Made by a program: the position numbers and the translations under genes
Part shown: piece after piece, positions 39,060-53,730 of the stretch
Layout of the letters: each line of letters starts with the position of its first letter
How positions within the stretch are numbered: the first letter of the stretch is position 1
The notes under the pieces: generated by a model
Told to the model about the DNA's origin: nothing
Databases searched by the model: none
The model's input: the letters and a program-made list of their open reading frames with translations, nothing else
DNA from: Octopus sinensis
Taxonomy: Eukaryota
DNA: 64,000 bases
Direction of reading: 5' to 3'
NCBI RefSeq assembly: GCF_006345805.1
Contig: NC_043012.1
Location: 7,688,001 to 7,752,000, forward strand

Positions 39060-39588
39060 TAAATGTAGTAATAGTGGTTTCTGATTTTGGCATAAGACCA
39101 GGAAGTGTGGTCAATTAAATAGTGATTTTCAATATTGGTACAAAGCTAAGGCAGTAAGATCGCAGAATTGTTACCAAGCCAGGCAAAATGCCTTGTGGCA
39201 TTTCATCCATCTTTATGCTCTGAGTTCAATTTCCGCCGAGGTCAGTTTTAGCTTTCATCTTTTCAGGGTCAGTAAAATAAATACCAGTTAAGCACTGGAA
39301 TTAATGTAATTGACTTACCCCATCCCCCTAAATTGTTGGCCTTATGCCAAAATTTGAAACCAATATTGGCACAGAACCACATATTTTGAGGAAGAAGTGC
39401 TTGTATAGTCAATTGTATTAACCCCTAGTATTTGACTGGTACTGTATTTATTAACCTCAGGAGGTGGAATGGCAAAGGTGACTTTGGTAGGATTTGAACT
39501 AAGAAAGTAAAGAACTGCAAGGCATTTTATTCTATGAAGGAATAATTCTACCATCCAATAACATCTTGATATTGTCAAACCTTTATAT

Positions 39589-39815
39589 TAGTGGTTCTCA
39601 ACCCCTTTTCACCTGTGAATCCCTTTGATTCCTATTTTACTCAGGTGGACACTCATAACCATTTGATGTTTAAAAAATCTTACTGTATTTTTATAATTAT
39701 TATAAGGAATTGTATAAAAAATTAAAATATTTTGCATATTGTAGAAGCAGGACTAATTTATTGCTTGTAAATTTTAGGAACAAAATCGTATATGGACCCT
39801 AGCTGAGTACCACTG
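39589..39815. mobile_element. hAT (Charlie-like) MITE
   Basis: TAGTGGTTCTCAACC / GCTGAGTACCACTG termini and near-identical 8-bp flanks CTTTATAT / TTCTATAT. Related partial copies at ~23983-24290 and ~5150-5225. Confidence 0.6.
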
Positions 39816-40160
39816 TTCTATATGGTTATTCAATCTGCTAGAAATAGTAACCAAGTCAGATGCTTCTATCATAAAGGAAGGGCACATTAGACAACATAGT
39901 CCTAAATACAGCATGACTGAACTAGGAAGAAAGGATAGTCATGTCTGAAATATATTTGAGGAGAAATTTGTACCATTAGAGCTGAACTGTGGAGTTAAAC
40001 TACCATGGCAACAACAATTACAACAGCAATCTTAATAGCATGCATGTTTGCAAAATTGCGGAAAATATTTCACTGGATCATAAAATTGTTTCAGACAATT
40101 GCCTTTAATTGGGTAGAATATTAATAATCACTTGTTTGTGTTTGCACGTTTTGTGTTACA

Positions 40161-40193
<33 letters not shown>

Positions 40194-40982
40194 ACCACCA
40201 CCACCACCAGCATCATCATCACCATCATCATTATTCGCTGTCCCTTTTCCATGCTAGCATGGGTGGGATGGTTTGATGGGAGATGGCAAGCCAGAGGATC
40301 ATACCAAGCTATATTATCTGCTTTGGCATGGTTTCTACAGAGTGTACTGAGTGTTTATTATGGGATGCCATTGAGATCACCAAATTACTAGCAACATAAG
40401 ACCCTGCAACTAAGTAAGGAGTAGTATTGAGGGGAGTGATTTTATGTTTATATGCATCTGTGTCAAATACATACATGCAGTCTCTGTCACATGTGCTGTA
40501 TATAACAGACACTGTAACTCATGTATAGATCTGTTGAGCCACTGGAGACACTGTTCCAGCTGAGCTGAAAACAGCAAGGGTACTACCCATGGTCAGCTCT
40601 GACTTAAGGAGACCCTGTGATGTATGTATAAATGTGTGATTAATAATTTTGCTTTCAAGTCATGTTTTGGGTTCATTCCAACACCATGGCACTTTGGACT
40701 AATCTCTTAGACCTTAGGCTAACCAAAGCCTTGTGTGTGGATTTAGTAGGCAGAAACTGGAGGGGAAAAAAAGCACATTACATGCATCTGTGTCACTACT
40801 TGACATTACAAAATAGTCATAAATGATTTACCATCATACAGACAGTGCCCCACGTATCCAGTGTTCCCACGGACAAAATATTCCCATGATTGGAAAAACA
40901 AGAAGGGAAAGTTATACAGCTGCAATAAATCTGCATTAGCAAATTCCATCTGACCCATGAAAGCATGGAAAAATAAACATTA

Positions 40983-41367
40983 GGCGCAGGAGTGGCTGTG
41001 TGGTAAGTAGCTTGCTAACCAACCACATGGTTCTGGGTTCAGTCCCACTGCGTGGCATCTTGGGCAAGTTTCTTCTGCTATAGCCCCGGGCCGACCAATG
41101 CCTTGTGAGTGGATTTGGTAGACGGAAACTGAAAGAAGCCTGTCGTATATATGTATATATTTATGTGTGTGTTTGTCCCCCTAGCATTGCTTGACAACCG
41201 ATGCTGGTGTGTTTACGTCCCCGTCACTTAGCGGTTCGGCAAAAGAGACCGATAGAATAAGCACTGGGCTTACAAAGAATAAGTCCCGGGGTCGATTTGC
41301 TCGACTAAAGGTGGTGCTCCAGCATGGCCACCGTCAAGTGACTGAAACAAGTAAAAGAGTAAAAGAG
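40983..41367 (+). mobile_element. tRNA-derived SINE, family A, full length
   Basis: Nearly identical to 739-1147. Confidence 0.9.
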
Positions 41368-41875
41368 ATTAAAATGATGATATAGGTGTAGACGTGTGTG
41401 TGTTATTCGGATGGACTTTCTTCCAGTCCAACAGCAATCATGTATAGGCTCTCTTGTTGGTTATGTGACTAATGATGATGGTGATCAACACCTGAATGAT
41501 GTACATTATAGTAAAATAAATAATGTGTATAAACAAATGTACATCTTACATCATACATACACTATCGAATGTGTGTAATATAACAAGTTTTGGATGTAAG
41601 CAGCACCCTCTGTCTGTTGCATATGAACAGCAGAGAACACCAAAAGATGGTAACATCATCTGTTAGAACAAGCATCTCAACAGCTGGTAGAACTCAGAAC
41701 CTACCAATGTTCCTAACGAGGCCTCTCGTAGAAACATTGGTAACTTAGGTGTTAAAAGAAGTGATGCCTGCAAAAATGGATTAATAATTACCATTACTGA
41801 GGTTGGGTTTCTCGGAGCTGTTGGCAGATTGGTGCAAGATTTGAATTTCACAGATCAGTCATCCTTAGTGAACTC

Positions 41876-41909
<34 letters not shown>

Positions 41910-43354
41910 TCCTCATCCCCTCTCTCTCTCATGCACAAGGAAGTAGATTGATTCTGGTGGGCCAAAGAAGAAACTACTTGAATCAATGAAGATGCATGCT
42001 TCTGTGTGATTGTGCAGCCTGCTAGATATAGAAGGCAAATCTCCCTCAATTGATACCTTGAAAATGGAAGGACACAGCTTTAGATATATCCTACTGGTAA
42101 AGAGACAGGATGGTCCTGGCTGGAACACATGTAATTATAGGTCTGTTCTGGAACACATGTAATCATAGGTCTGTTTGTTTTGTTGAGGACTGACCTGTGG
42201 CTAAATACCATCAACAACAACTGTGCAGTTATTGGTATTCATAACTGTTTGTGTTGTTTACAGTTTAATTATTGGAGACAAGGGAATAACAGTTCTTAAA
42301 TATTTTAGTTTATTTGATAAAAATTTTGTATGTATTGGATAAATTTATTTTTCTCAACCTCTGCAATATTTAGAGATTTTTCATTACCCTCATCCTCGTC
42401 TTCACACCCATCTTTCTCCCTCCCCCAACCCCTACACCCCTCTTCCCTTGCACATACTTTGTCCCCACCAACCCTCATACCCTCTGAACTGCTTGTCCCC
42501 TACACCCTTCTTGCATATCCTTCATCCCACCCTCCTCTCTCTCTCATACCGTTGACCTCTCACACCCTCTCTCCCCTGCATCTCTTCCTTTGCACAGTCT
42601 TTGCCTCCCGCACCCCTTTTCTTTCCATCCCCTCCTCCTCCTCTACCCTTATTGAAATGACTGCAACTGCAAGTAAATGACAACACCCCTTATAAAAAAA
42701 AAGATCTTTCTAATCATTTACGTAGATTAAATGTTGCCCCAGGTTCAGCCCTGCCCACCAGCTCACAGCCAACACCTTGAGTAATTTGAACATGGTCTCT
42801 TTGATGAGAATATCAACATTCTTTCTCACACTAGTCTTGGAGTCTCCATAAAAATAAGAACAAAGTACAAGACCATGGGTGCTGCCTTGCCTCATTTCAC
42901 TAAACCTTAAAATATTACTTATTTGTTGTTGTTTTTTTAATCTCTCACAAATGGTGTTTTTTTGTTTCTTTATTCGTTTTAACATGCCCCATCTTTGTTG
43001 GTTTGAAGATGTGAATTGCTCTCAATCATTTCGTCAAAATAGCAACATGGATTTAAAATTAAATATTTAAATTCCTACCAAATCCTTCTATAACGTTTCA
43101 AAGCTTGATTCAGGAATATGTCTATATCCAACATTGTTCAGTATATATATATAAATATTCCCCTTTCAGAGTAGTTCACCTCTTTTTACCATTTTCTTGT
43201 TTTTCATTTTTTCTCACTCTCTCTCTCTCTCTCTCTCATTTTTAATATTTCTTTTTTTTAAACCTTCAATATGACCCACAACATCTGTTTGAAATATTTT
43301 CTTGAATAACATCAACAAAAGTTGCGTTATTTGATAAGGTTTAAATTTTGGAGG

Positions 43355-43408
<54 letters not shown>

Positions 43409-43787
43409 CTCTCTCTCTCTCTCTCTCTCTGCAACAGTCCTCCCCCTTTCTTCTTTAATAGTGAATAATTTTTCAATTAGCACACTACATAGCAATATAA
43501 ATTGTTAGATTAGCCCAGCTGGTATACAAAAATGAGGTTAAATAAATAACAATATTACTCTCAAAACATACACAACTCTTGTTAGGTTTTCGAAAATGCA
43601 AGAAAATGGCAGAGATTAAGAATGTATGTTTCTAACCGGCACTGGCACACTTCAGTTAAGATTGTAAAGCCAGGAATCCTTGAGGGATAGGTCAATCGGT
43701 CTTTTAAAGGTTATGACATTTGGTGGTTTGGTTCCTCAACCTCTAGGAGCAATATTACAAATGAAAATGGTATTAGCCAGCTAGCAA

Positions 43788-44027
43788 ATCATCATCATCA
43801 TCATCATCATTTAGCGTCCGCTTTCCATACTAGCATGGGTTGGACGGTTCAACTGGGGTCTGTGAAGCCAGAAGGCTGCACCAGGCTCCAGTCTGATCTG
43901 GCAGTGTTTCTACGGCTGGATGCCCTTCCTAACGCCAACCACTCCGCGAGTGTAGTGGGTGCTTTTTACGTGCCACCCGCACAGGAGCCAGACAGAGCTG
44001 GCAAACGGCCACGAACGGATGGTGCTC
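43788..44027 (-). mobile_element. RTE tail copy, young
   Basis: Near-identical to 33133-33374 (-). Older copies at ~5225-5400, 7935-8090, 9230-9400, 11600-11750, 40215-40330, 47000-47200 and 56110-56240. Confidence 0.85.
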
Positions 44028-44206
44028 TTAAAGTTCTCTTAAAATTCCTTCAGGAAAAAACGAAAAAAGAAACTGAACTCTAATTTAAACTAATCAGTAG
44101 ATAATTAATTAATGTTTGTTAATTTTTTTCAACTCTTTATCTAATTTCAACTTGGAGTTTACAAACCATATTCCTTGTTTATAATGATTAAAGTCGTATT
44201 TAGTTA

Positions 44207-44508
44207 TCTTTATATATAAAAGTGAAGTTGTGTGTCTGTCTCCTACGATTTAGATTCCTAACTACTCCCACATTTTGCGGTGCAGTGTAACCAAAAGCGG
44301 GTATCTTATAGTCGTGATTCATATCGAGCCCTTCTGGGTATTAGCGCGTGTCTATGATATGAGTCTACAATTTAAAAAAAAATTTACCATAATTTTTTCC
44401 CATTTTTAATGCAATTTTTTGCTATTATATAAGGGAAGTAACTCTCTAAAAATGCTTATATAATTTTTTTCCCTTACAAACCCGAGCAACGCTGGGCGAT
44501 ACTGCTAG
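44207..44508 (+). mobile_element. Non-autonomous Helitron-type element (302 bp)
   Basis: 5' TC...TATATATAAAAG start, 3' hairpin CCCGAGCAACGCTGGG then CTAG, inserted between A and T, no TSD. Confidence 0.75.
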
Positions 44509-45084
44509 TCATATACAAATGGAGAGACCAGTGAAGTACGAGATATCAATATAACAAACTATTTGCCACCACCATCACCACCACCAAATTTGAGGCTTTG
44601 TGCGCTATGATAAAATGCAATTATAATATTATAATCAGTCCAAAAGTTTCCTAGTGCATGTTTCTACCTCCTCCTCTGCTTTCTCCTTTTCCTCCTTCTC
44701 CTCCAAAACAAAGATTTCATGGGCCTGTATAACATATCTCATATTAGCCTCATAATGAGGGCCAACTTTCTCTTGTGCCTAATCAGCTGGTCCTACATCT
44801 ACCCTTGCTAATCTTTAGTCCTCTTTTTTAATAACAAAAACCTGATAAGGAGTTTCTGAGGTCATGCTTAAATTGTAGTCAAATCTTATCTCAAATCACA
44901 TCATACAGGTTAAGAAAAGGAAGGCTAATGTAAACACTATGTCTGGAAAAATTATAGAAGGGTCAAAGCTGGAATGTCAGTGTAAGAGAAAGAGAGGCAG
45001 GATTCAGAGTTTGTTGGGTGCAAGGAATATGGAAAAGAAAGGACCACATCACAATAAAAGAAGCCAATGAGGAAGCTTCTATGT

Positions 45085-45262
45085 TGTTGCTTAACTTACG
45101 AGAATAGCAGCCAAATCTCCTTCAAATCACACAGTGTCATCTTTGAAGAAGAGGACACATTAGATACTGTGGTCCTGGGTCCTGCACATAAGAAAATGTT
45201 GGGATGGTCCTAACTGGAATATCTTTGTTTGAAGGTCTGCTCGATTATGTGGCTGAGCAGAC
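45085..45262 (+). repeat. Old interspersed repeat family of unassigned class
   Basis: GAAATAGCAGCCAAATCTCC...GGACACATTAGA...GGTCTGCTCGAT motifs recur at ~12745-12930, 20925-21000 (-), 21940-22200 (-), 39830-40010 and 48230-48560. Confidence 0.55.
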
Positions 45263-47202
45263 CTCAATAAGAGTAGTTGTTAAGAAGTTTGGATCTGGAG
45301 GACTGGCTTATGGATGGCTGACTGAAAGAGTCGTTATGCATGGTTGGTTGGTTGGTTGGATGTATATGTGAATGGGCAAAAAAAATAAGAAGCTGGGACT
45401 CCATCAGCAACAACAACAAGGGTGCCAGCTTGCTCATGAAATTAAAGTGCAAGTGACTGAGCACTTCACAGACACGTGTACCCTTAATGTGGTTCTCAAG
45501 CAGATCCAGCATGACACGGAATGTGACAAGGCTGGCTCTTTGAATTACAGGTACAAACTCATTACTGCCAGCTGAGGTAACTGGAACAACATGAAATAAA
45601 GTCTTGCTCAAGGACACGATGTGCCACCAGGAATCGAACTCACGACTTTACGACTATGAGCTGCATACCCTAACTTTTAAGTCATGCACCTTCACCGTAC
45701 GTATGTGCAAAGGAAGACTCAGAATCCAGATAGATTGTTATTTAAGTTCAGGTCTTCCCCTCTTTTTCTTTTTTTTTTTCTTTTTATCTGGCATAATGTC
45801 TCTAGGAATACATTAACCAATGTGTCCTTTGCTTTTTTTTTCTGTTTTTTTTTTAAGACTAGTATTATTTGTGGGTAATTATGGTGCTATTTCTAGCATG
45901 CTTATTCATCTTGTAGAGGCTTCTTTACAGTGTTGTCCAAACACTGTTGTCAGATGTGCTGCTGTAATATTGGAGTAGCATAGGAACACGCGTGACTGAG
46001 GGAGTAAAAAGGGACCATTGATAACGTTGGGCATAGCATGGGTGATGGGGGTTTCTCTTTTCAGCAGACACCCCCCTCTCTCTCTCTCTCTTTACACTAA
46101 CAAGCAAATTTGAGAAAACTAAAAGCCGTAAATGGAGTCGGGTGGATGAAGGGTGGACTCTGGTTAGTGTAAGTGTATGCATGCTTGCACATGCGTGTGT
46201 GTGTGTGTGTGTGTGTGCATACACGCAATGTTTGTATTTGAGTGTGCGTGCTCGTGTGTGTGAAATAATGTTTGTTTTATTTCTCTCATATTTCTGTCTG
46301 TAGTCAACCGGCTTGCCAGCTCCCTCGCCACCTCCATCGCTTTCACCCTGCTCCTGTATCTTTTTATTTCTACACCGTTCCATGCCTCAACAGCCTCTCT
46401 TTACCGACCAACACCCCTCCATACACACACGGCATGCACATACATTGCGTATTTGTTTCGTAGTTTTCGCCTGCTTACCATCCACATCATTGTAATTTCC
46501 TCCTTACCCCACCCCTGCTTCACTCACCCTCCCTCTTTCCCCTCCCACTCCCTCTATCCCTTTCTACTCCCTCTGTCCCCTCCCATTCCTTCCGTCCTTT
46601 CCCCCCTCCATTCCATTTGTCCTATTCAACTAGCACCGCACCACCACAATACCAACTGTACCACGCAACATTACCACCATCGTACAACACTACCACCATA
46701 ACATACCATCAGCTATCAAACCACAACATGACCACAGCACAACACCCTCCCATACAACAAACACTATTACAATCATCAGCACCAACTGCACACTATCACT
46801 GCTAACAAACAACTCTAACATGCAACAGAAGTGCAAACGTGGCTGTGTGGTAAGAAGTTTACTTCTCAACCACTTGGTTCCAGGTTCAGTCCAACTGCAT
46901 GGCACATTGAGCAAGTGTTTTCTACTATACCCTTAAGTTGATCAAAGCTTTGTGAGTGGATTTGGCAGATGGAAACTGAAACAAGCCCAATATATATATC
47001 ATCATCATCATCATCATATCATCATTTAACCTCTGTTTTCCATGTTGGCATGGGTTTGGAGAGCTTGCAAAGAAACTGGCAAAGCCAAGGGTCACACAGG
47101 TTTCATGGTCTATTTTGACTTGGTTTCTACAGCTGGATGCCCATCCTGACACTAACCACTCTACAGAATGTACTGGGTGTTTTTTACATGGCACCTTGGT
47201 TT

Positions 47203-47496
47203 TACTGAAAAAGACTAGCCCCCCCCCCCCAACAGAAATCATCATCATCATCATTTAGCGTCCGTTCTCCATGCTAGCATGGGTTGGACGGTTCAACTGG
47301 GGTCTGTGAAGCCGGAAGGCTTCATCAGGCCCAGTCAGATCTAGCCGTAGAAACACTGCCAGATCTGACTGGGCCTGATGAAGCCTTCCGGCTTCACAGA
47401 CCCCAGTTGAACCGTCCAACCCATGCTAGCATGGAGAACGGACGCTAAATGATGATGATGATGATTTCTGTTGGGGGGGGCTAGTCTTTTTCAGTA
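47203..47496. repeat. Near-perfect inverted duplication (140/136-bp arms, 18-nt spacer)
   Basis: Arms are identical except C12 vs G8; they include an RTE-tail copy plus its flank. Confidence 0.95.
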
Positions 47497-48691
47497 CAGC
47501 AATGCACCACATATCTTGGGTCCTCTGTCTTCTCCTTCATAAGGTTCAGTATTTTGAGATTGGCTTTCAATATTTCGTCCCATATCTTCCTGGGTTTCCT
47601 ACTTCCACAACTTCCCTCCACTTTAAGTGATCAGCACTTCTTTTATGCAACTCGTCATCCATCTGTACCATGTGACCAAAATGTGTGTGCGTGTGTGTGT
47701 ATGTGTGTGTGTATGTGTGTATCCTTGTGTCTGTGTTTGTCCTCCACCACTGCTTGACAACTGGTGTTAGTGTAAGTCCCTGTAAATTAGTGTTTCAGCA
47801 AAAGAGACTGAATGTGTCAAACTTCAAAAGAAACAAATAAGTATTGGGGTCAATTCATTCAACTAAAAACTTCTCAAGGCAGTGCCCCAGCATGGCCTCA
47901 AAGTAATAACCACCACTACCATCACTATATCCTTCCCACCACAATAGCCTATGCCTATTTCTTTATTACCCACAAGGGGCTAAACACAGAGGGGACAAAC
48001 AAGGAAAGACATAGGTATTAAGTCGATTACATCAACCCCAGTGCGTAACTGGTACTTAATTTATCGACCCCGAAAGGTTGAAAGGCAAAGTCGACCTCGG
48101 CGGAATTTGAACTCACAACGTAACGCAGACGAAATACCGCTAAGCATTTCGCCCGGCGTACTAACGTTTCTGCCAGCTCGCCGCTTCCTCACTACCATTA
48201 ACATTGCAACAACAACACTTGACCTGCTAGAAATAACAATCTGGTCTTCCTTGAATCACATCTTAAAATCTTTAAAAAATAACAAGATACATTGTATAAT
48301 GTGATCTTAGATACACTGTATCTGGAAAACAAAATAGACTGGCTGGGCGTGCCTGGAAAGTCTTCACAAGGTTAAACAGCAGCTGAAAAAGACAAACACC
48401 AATTTCTGAAGTAGGTTGGCCTCTGCCCGGTTGCCCAACCTAAATCTCCCAGAAACCAGGCTCTATTGTCTTAAAGGATCCCTTAAAAAAAAAAAAAAAA
48501 AGATTGCATGGTCATGGCTGGAATGCCTTTGATCATGGGCTTCACCTGCATCCAGATAACAACTTTGGATACAGACTTATAGGCAGATTCTTTAGTCATT
48601 CAAAATACTACCTTTTCTAATTGTTCTAAAATTGTATTTGAACTTGTCTTTATTAGTTGTTGTTCTCTCTCTCTCTCCCTTTCTCTCTCTT

Positions 48692-48738
<47 letters not shown>

Positions 48739-49822
48739 TTCTCTCTTTCTCTCTTTCTTTCTCTCTCTCTCACACACACTCACATTCACTCTCTTGTTCC
48801 ATTGTTGCTTGTATCCTCCAGCAGTATTTCCCACCTGCCCTCTTTGCTCTCCTCCCTCCTTTCTCTCCTCTCCTTCCTCTCTTTCCTCTCCTCTCCCCCT
48901 TTACTCCTTCCTTCCCCTTCCTCTCCTACTGTCATGTCTGTAGCCTTTATGCTGGGAGTTAGCAAGGAGTTATTGTTGTTAACTGATGAGGAGGATATGG
49001 ATGTCTTTCCAATACCACTGTACCATTTCTAATTTTTAAAATCAACCATTGTTCCCCTCTACGCCTCTTCACTTTTGTTTTGCAGCCAGAGACTACGTAC
49101 ACACACACATACACACCCTATATACACATGCAAACATGCACGATTATACTCACCTATGTATGCAGATTTACGCACATGGAACCACAAACATACTGCTATT
49201 AATTGTTCAAACATCATCCCCCACGCTCCCACTTACTCTCCACCCCCACCCCCTATACAACACACCCAACTCGAAAGGTATTTCATTTATGGTGCTTTCA
49301 CCATCTGCCCTCTGTTGACTGTGGCAGAAATAGGACTCTTGTAAATGTGAGGAGACGGGGCCCTTGGTGTAAAACTGTGATTATGGAGAAACACGAGAAG
49401 AGAGAATGAGGGCCCTTCGGCTGTAGAGATGGTAACAAGGTAGCCAAGAATGAAGATTCTTCAGCTTTTGATATGGTTCAAAATGAAGACCTTTTACATG
49501 TATGATACAGAAAGGCCATAAATAGGCACTGCCTTCGTGGATTGTAACATAATACTTATTTTATCTGCACCTCTATCATTTTCATCCTTTGATTTCTGCT
49601 TTCTATACTGGCATGGATTGGACAAGTATTAGGAGTTATTGCCCACTAAGATGGCTTAAAAGGACTACCTTTCACTCATATGTCCCATTTTCGTATGGTT
49701 TCCCAACAACAATCTCCTGATGCTTCCAGCACATTTTAGCTTCTTGTGGGGGTGGGGGATGAGGGTCACTTCCTACTGGTCCTTATAGTTTTGTTAACAT
49801 TTCTAACTCTCATTTGTAGATA

Positions 49823-50987
49823 CCATTTTTTCCTCAAAAGTAAGACCAGGCTTATATTGATTTTCCACTCCAAAATGTCGTATTAGAGCTTATTTTCAGG
49901 GGAATTCATTTTTTTTCTCATGTACCAAAAACAACATTATGAAATAGAAAATTACAAAATTACTAAATATACAGAAATTATGAAAAATGATCTACTTGAC
50001 GATTTATTGCAACAAGAAATTTATTAAACAGAAATTATGGAAAACAATCTACATTTACTTGATGACTTACATGTTCTTTTGAAAAGAAACTCATTAACAA
50101 CAATTTATTCAGAAACAGTTATGTCATTGTTCTGCAAATCACTGGATTCGAAAATTCCTGCAGAGTTTTCATGTGACTCCAATTCCTGCAGAACTTTCAT
50201 CCCCGGTCTCTCATGTTGAGCAATAGAGGTCTCATTGAATGAGAAGCTCTTGTCCATATAGCCTGCTCGTAGTGCATTGGCAACATAGCTGTCTGTGATT
50301 TTGTTCCATGAATTCGTCACCCAAGTTACGATCTCTTGCAGTGGCCTGATCCATAATTGCGTTTCTTTGCATATTCCCTTGTCCACTTGTTGACTGAGTT
50401 TAACGTAGTCTACTCACTATTTTTGAACCATTTGGAGATCCAAATTCTTTTCTTTGCAGAAAACAGCAAGATTCTTGCCCAGTGATTCCTCCGGGATTCC
50501 TTTCTTGTACTCGATAGAATAATTCTTTCTTCTTGCACTCGTCTTGGGGTGAAAATGACCTGACAAATGATTTCCCATTCAATTTCGTCATGTTTTCTGA
50601 GAGATTTTTGCCTTGAAAGAAAATGTATACTTTATTGTTTTTTTGCATCTACTGATCAGTACTGACCACTGATAAAAATGTTACGTGACACATTTGGCAG
50701 CTCCAAACATGGGCTGTCGATTGATGTATAGCTTGTTAATATTTGAGTTAGGAAAGAGACACCAGGATAGATTTTATGATGTCATTATTTTTAGCTGTCA
50801 AACTATTTTGAACAGTGTACACACTGCAAGAAAGCGATTTAAATCAATATGAAGAGGCTGCTTATTTCTTTCGTCTGCCACTCTCAACTTGGGCTTATTT
50901 TAAGAGAAGGGCTTATATTAAAATCATCCTGAAAAATCATGCTAGGTCTTGTTTTCTGGTTAGGTCTTTTTTTTCAGAGAACCATGG
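49823..50987 (-). mobile_element. Internally deleted Tc1/mariner-superfamily (pogo/Tigger-like) DNA transposon
   Basis: Degenerate TIRs CCATTTTTTCCTCAAAAGTAAGACC / GGTCTTTTTTTTCAGAGAACCATGG flanked by TA on both sides. Minus-strand remnant LQEIVTWVTNSWNKITDSYVANALRAGYM resembles the helix following DDE_1 transposase domains. Confidence 0.7.
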
Positions 50988-51059
50988 TAGTAACAGTATT
51001 GTGACTAATCTTATCTTGGTGGTTTTGAATTCTGCCACCAATAATAGAATTGGTAAGTA

Positions 51060-51540
51060 GATCTTAGAGGTCCTTCTTTATGGGTCAACAGTTGAATGTT
51101 GGGTGAATACCAAGCTACCTTCACCTAAATTTATTCCACAGTTTCTTCATTGCTTCCATTTGTCATGTGGAAATCAAAAAGCCTAAACAGCCTCTACATC
51201 TTGAATATGATACTATATTGGAAGCAGCATGTCTTAAACCTCCCAAGTAGCTAACTATTGTCAACTGCCCTGGGCAGTTAGGTCTTAGAGTCTTCGGTAT
51301 TGCCATTATCTTTCATGGCATTGTCGTAATTCTTCCCAAAGTATCAGCTGGAATCTCAGACCCCTGAATGCTGATGATGTTAGTTTTCCTTTGAGGATAC
51401 TCAGGTGCTGAGGTTTCCCAGAGTTGAATTTTATACATGACCATGCAACCATATTTTTCAGCAAGTCCAAGATCTACTGTTTTCCTTGAACTAATAATGT
51501 TAAAGCTTTTACATAATACTTGAAGGCCCTGCAGACTAAA
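51060..51540 (+). mobile_element. Highly decayed LINE fragment (probably RTE)
   Basis: VLLYGST..CW-like motif and scattered downstream similarity; many stops. Confidence 0.35.
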
Positions 51541-53226
51541 TACCATATATTCCTTTCTATTGTAGGCACAACACCTGAAATTTTGGGAAAGGAGAGCTAG
51601 TTGATTAACTGGTATTTATTTCATCAACCTTGAAAGGATGAAAGGCAAAGTCAACCTCAGTGGAATTTGAACTCACATAAATGAAATGCTGCCAAGCATT
51701 TTGCCTGGCATGGAAATAATTCTGCCAGCTTGCCCCCTTAAGGATATCTTCTATTGTCATCAGTTTCAAGTCCACTAGACCACTTTCTTCCCACCTAATA
51801 GTAGGCTCGTGGCAACCTTAAACAGGCCTTAAATTGTATGCCTTGTTACAAACCTTTCTACTATTTGGTAATGAAATTTCCCCTTAGTGATCCTTATTTT
51901 CAGCGAATTCCTATGAAAATAACACAATTACTAGCGATGGTACTCCAATGCATTTTGGATTAGCTGTTGAGGCTCATCTAGCAGTGATCAATGCATTAAA
52001 TCCAATAACACTAACTTAAACAAATAATTAAGTTATCTAGCACTACCTACTCCAATTTACTGCTTTTATTGTTAATTTAGCAGCAACTGAACAAAATTAA
52101 TTAGATAATCACACACAGTAAAAGGGTTCAATCAGTTCTTTATACAGGACTCTATATTTTGTTTCAAACTTAATTTGGTCTTTCTAAAGCACACTTTTCA
52201 AGAGTTATGAAGGCTCATGGCTAAGTGGTTAGGGTATTCCACTCAAGACTAAAACTGTGAGTTCAATACCTTTGCAGCATTCTGAGTCCTTGAGCAAGAC
52301 ACTTATTTCACATTACTCCAGCCTACACAGCTGGCAAAAGCAAGTGGTGCCTGTGTTTCAAAAGGGCCAGTCTTGTCACATTCTGTACCATACTGAATCT
52401 AAGAGCTGGCAGAATCGTTAGCACGCCGGGCGAAATGCTTAGCCGTATTTCGTCTGCCGCTACGTTGTGAGTTCAAATTCCGCCGAGGTCGACTTTGCCT
52501 TTCATCCTTTCGGGGTCGATAAATAAAGTACCAGTTACGCACTGGGGTTGATGTAATCAACTTAATACCTATGTCTGTCCTTGTTTGTCCCCTCTATGTT
52601 TAGCCCCTTGTGGGTAATAAAGAAATAGGTATGCATGTCTGTGGAGTGCTCAGCCACTTGCACGTTAATTTCATGAGCAAGCTGTTCCGTTAATCAAATC
52701 AGTTGGAACCCTCATCTCATCATAACCAATGGAGTGGCAGTTTCGGGGATTCGACATTGTGGTAACAAGACTAACAGGACAGTTCACAATAGATTCTGAA
52801 ATTACAGTTGATTTCATTTGTCAATAAGTAATTTCCTGTTGCTGATTTTATTCTTTGAATCTTTCCAAAATTCTTTCTGAAGTAAAGCCACCCCCCCTCA
52901 TCCCAGCATATAAATAAAATAAATTGTGTCCTCAACTAATTCATTACTTTCAAACAACTGCTTGGTAAAATTCTCTTCCAGCCAAACACATTGTATTAAA
53001 CTTCTTTTTTTTTTCGTTGATTTGTTCTGGAAGTTGTGCTCATAGTTTTTCATGAATGAGGGAAACCGACACAATGTCTAGTACTGTGATGCTTATAGAT
53101 CTTTGGCAACTTATGGTCATACACTATATCGATGTGTAGGTTGGAACAGGGCTTCCTCCCAATATTGAAGTTAATGGATTACAGTGATGTTTCCTTAGCT
53201 GTACTATGTCATCTCCCTACCCTCTT

Positions 53227-53263
<37 letters not shown>

Positions 53264-53539
53264 ATATGGGTCCAGTAAGAGACAGCTGGATCATGCCCAC
53301 CATGTGTGAAACTTTACTGCAGACTTTGCCCCTACACTGTATTGCTGTGTAGTAGTCTAGATCGTATTGACAAGGCAAAGAAAAGAATTTAATGCTTATG
53401 AATTCCAAATATTATCTAATTGGGCCATCGGAGACACTGTGTTTACATTTGTGTGTGTGTGTATGCACACAAGTGCATGTATTTATGTATATATATACAC
53501 ACACACTGTGTTCTGCGCTCTCTCTCTCTGTATATGTAT

Positions 53540-53604
<65 letters not shown>

Positions 53605-53730
53605 CATACATACACACACACATATATATCAGTGCATATCTAAATTTATATTTGTATGTATTCAAGTATCTACATATATTTATATATATATATATATTGA
53701 TCAAAATAAAAACATGATGCGAAGGATTCA

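Noticed and set aside
47376-47396. CTGATGAAGCC-TTCC-GGCTTC resembling a hammerhead core plus stem II
   Set aside because: No GAAA follows and no stem I/III; it is part of the RTE tail.
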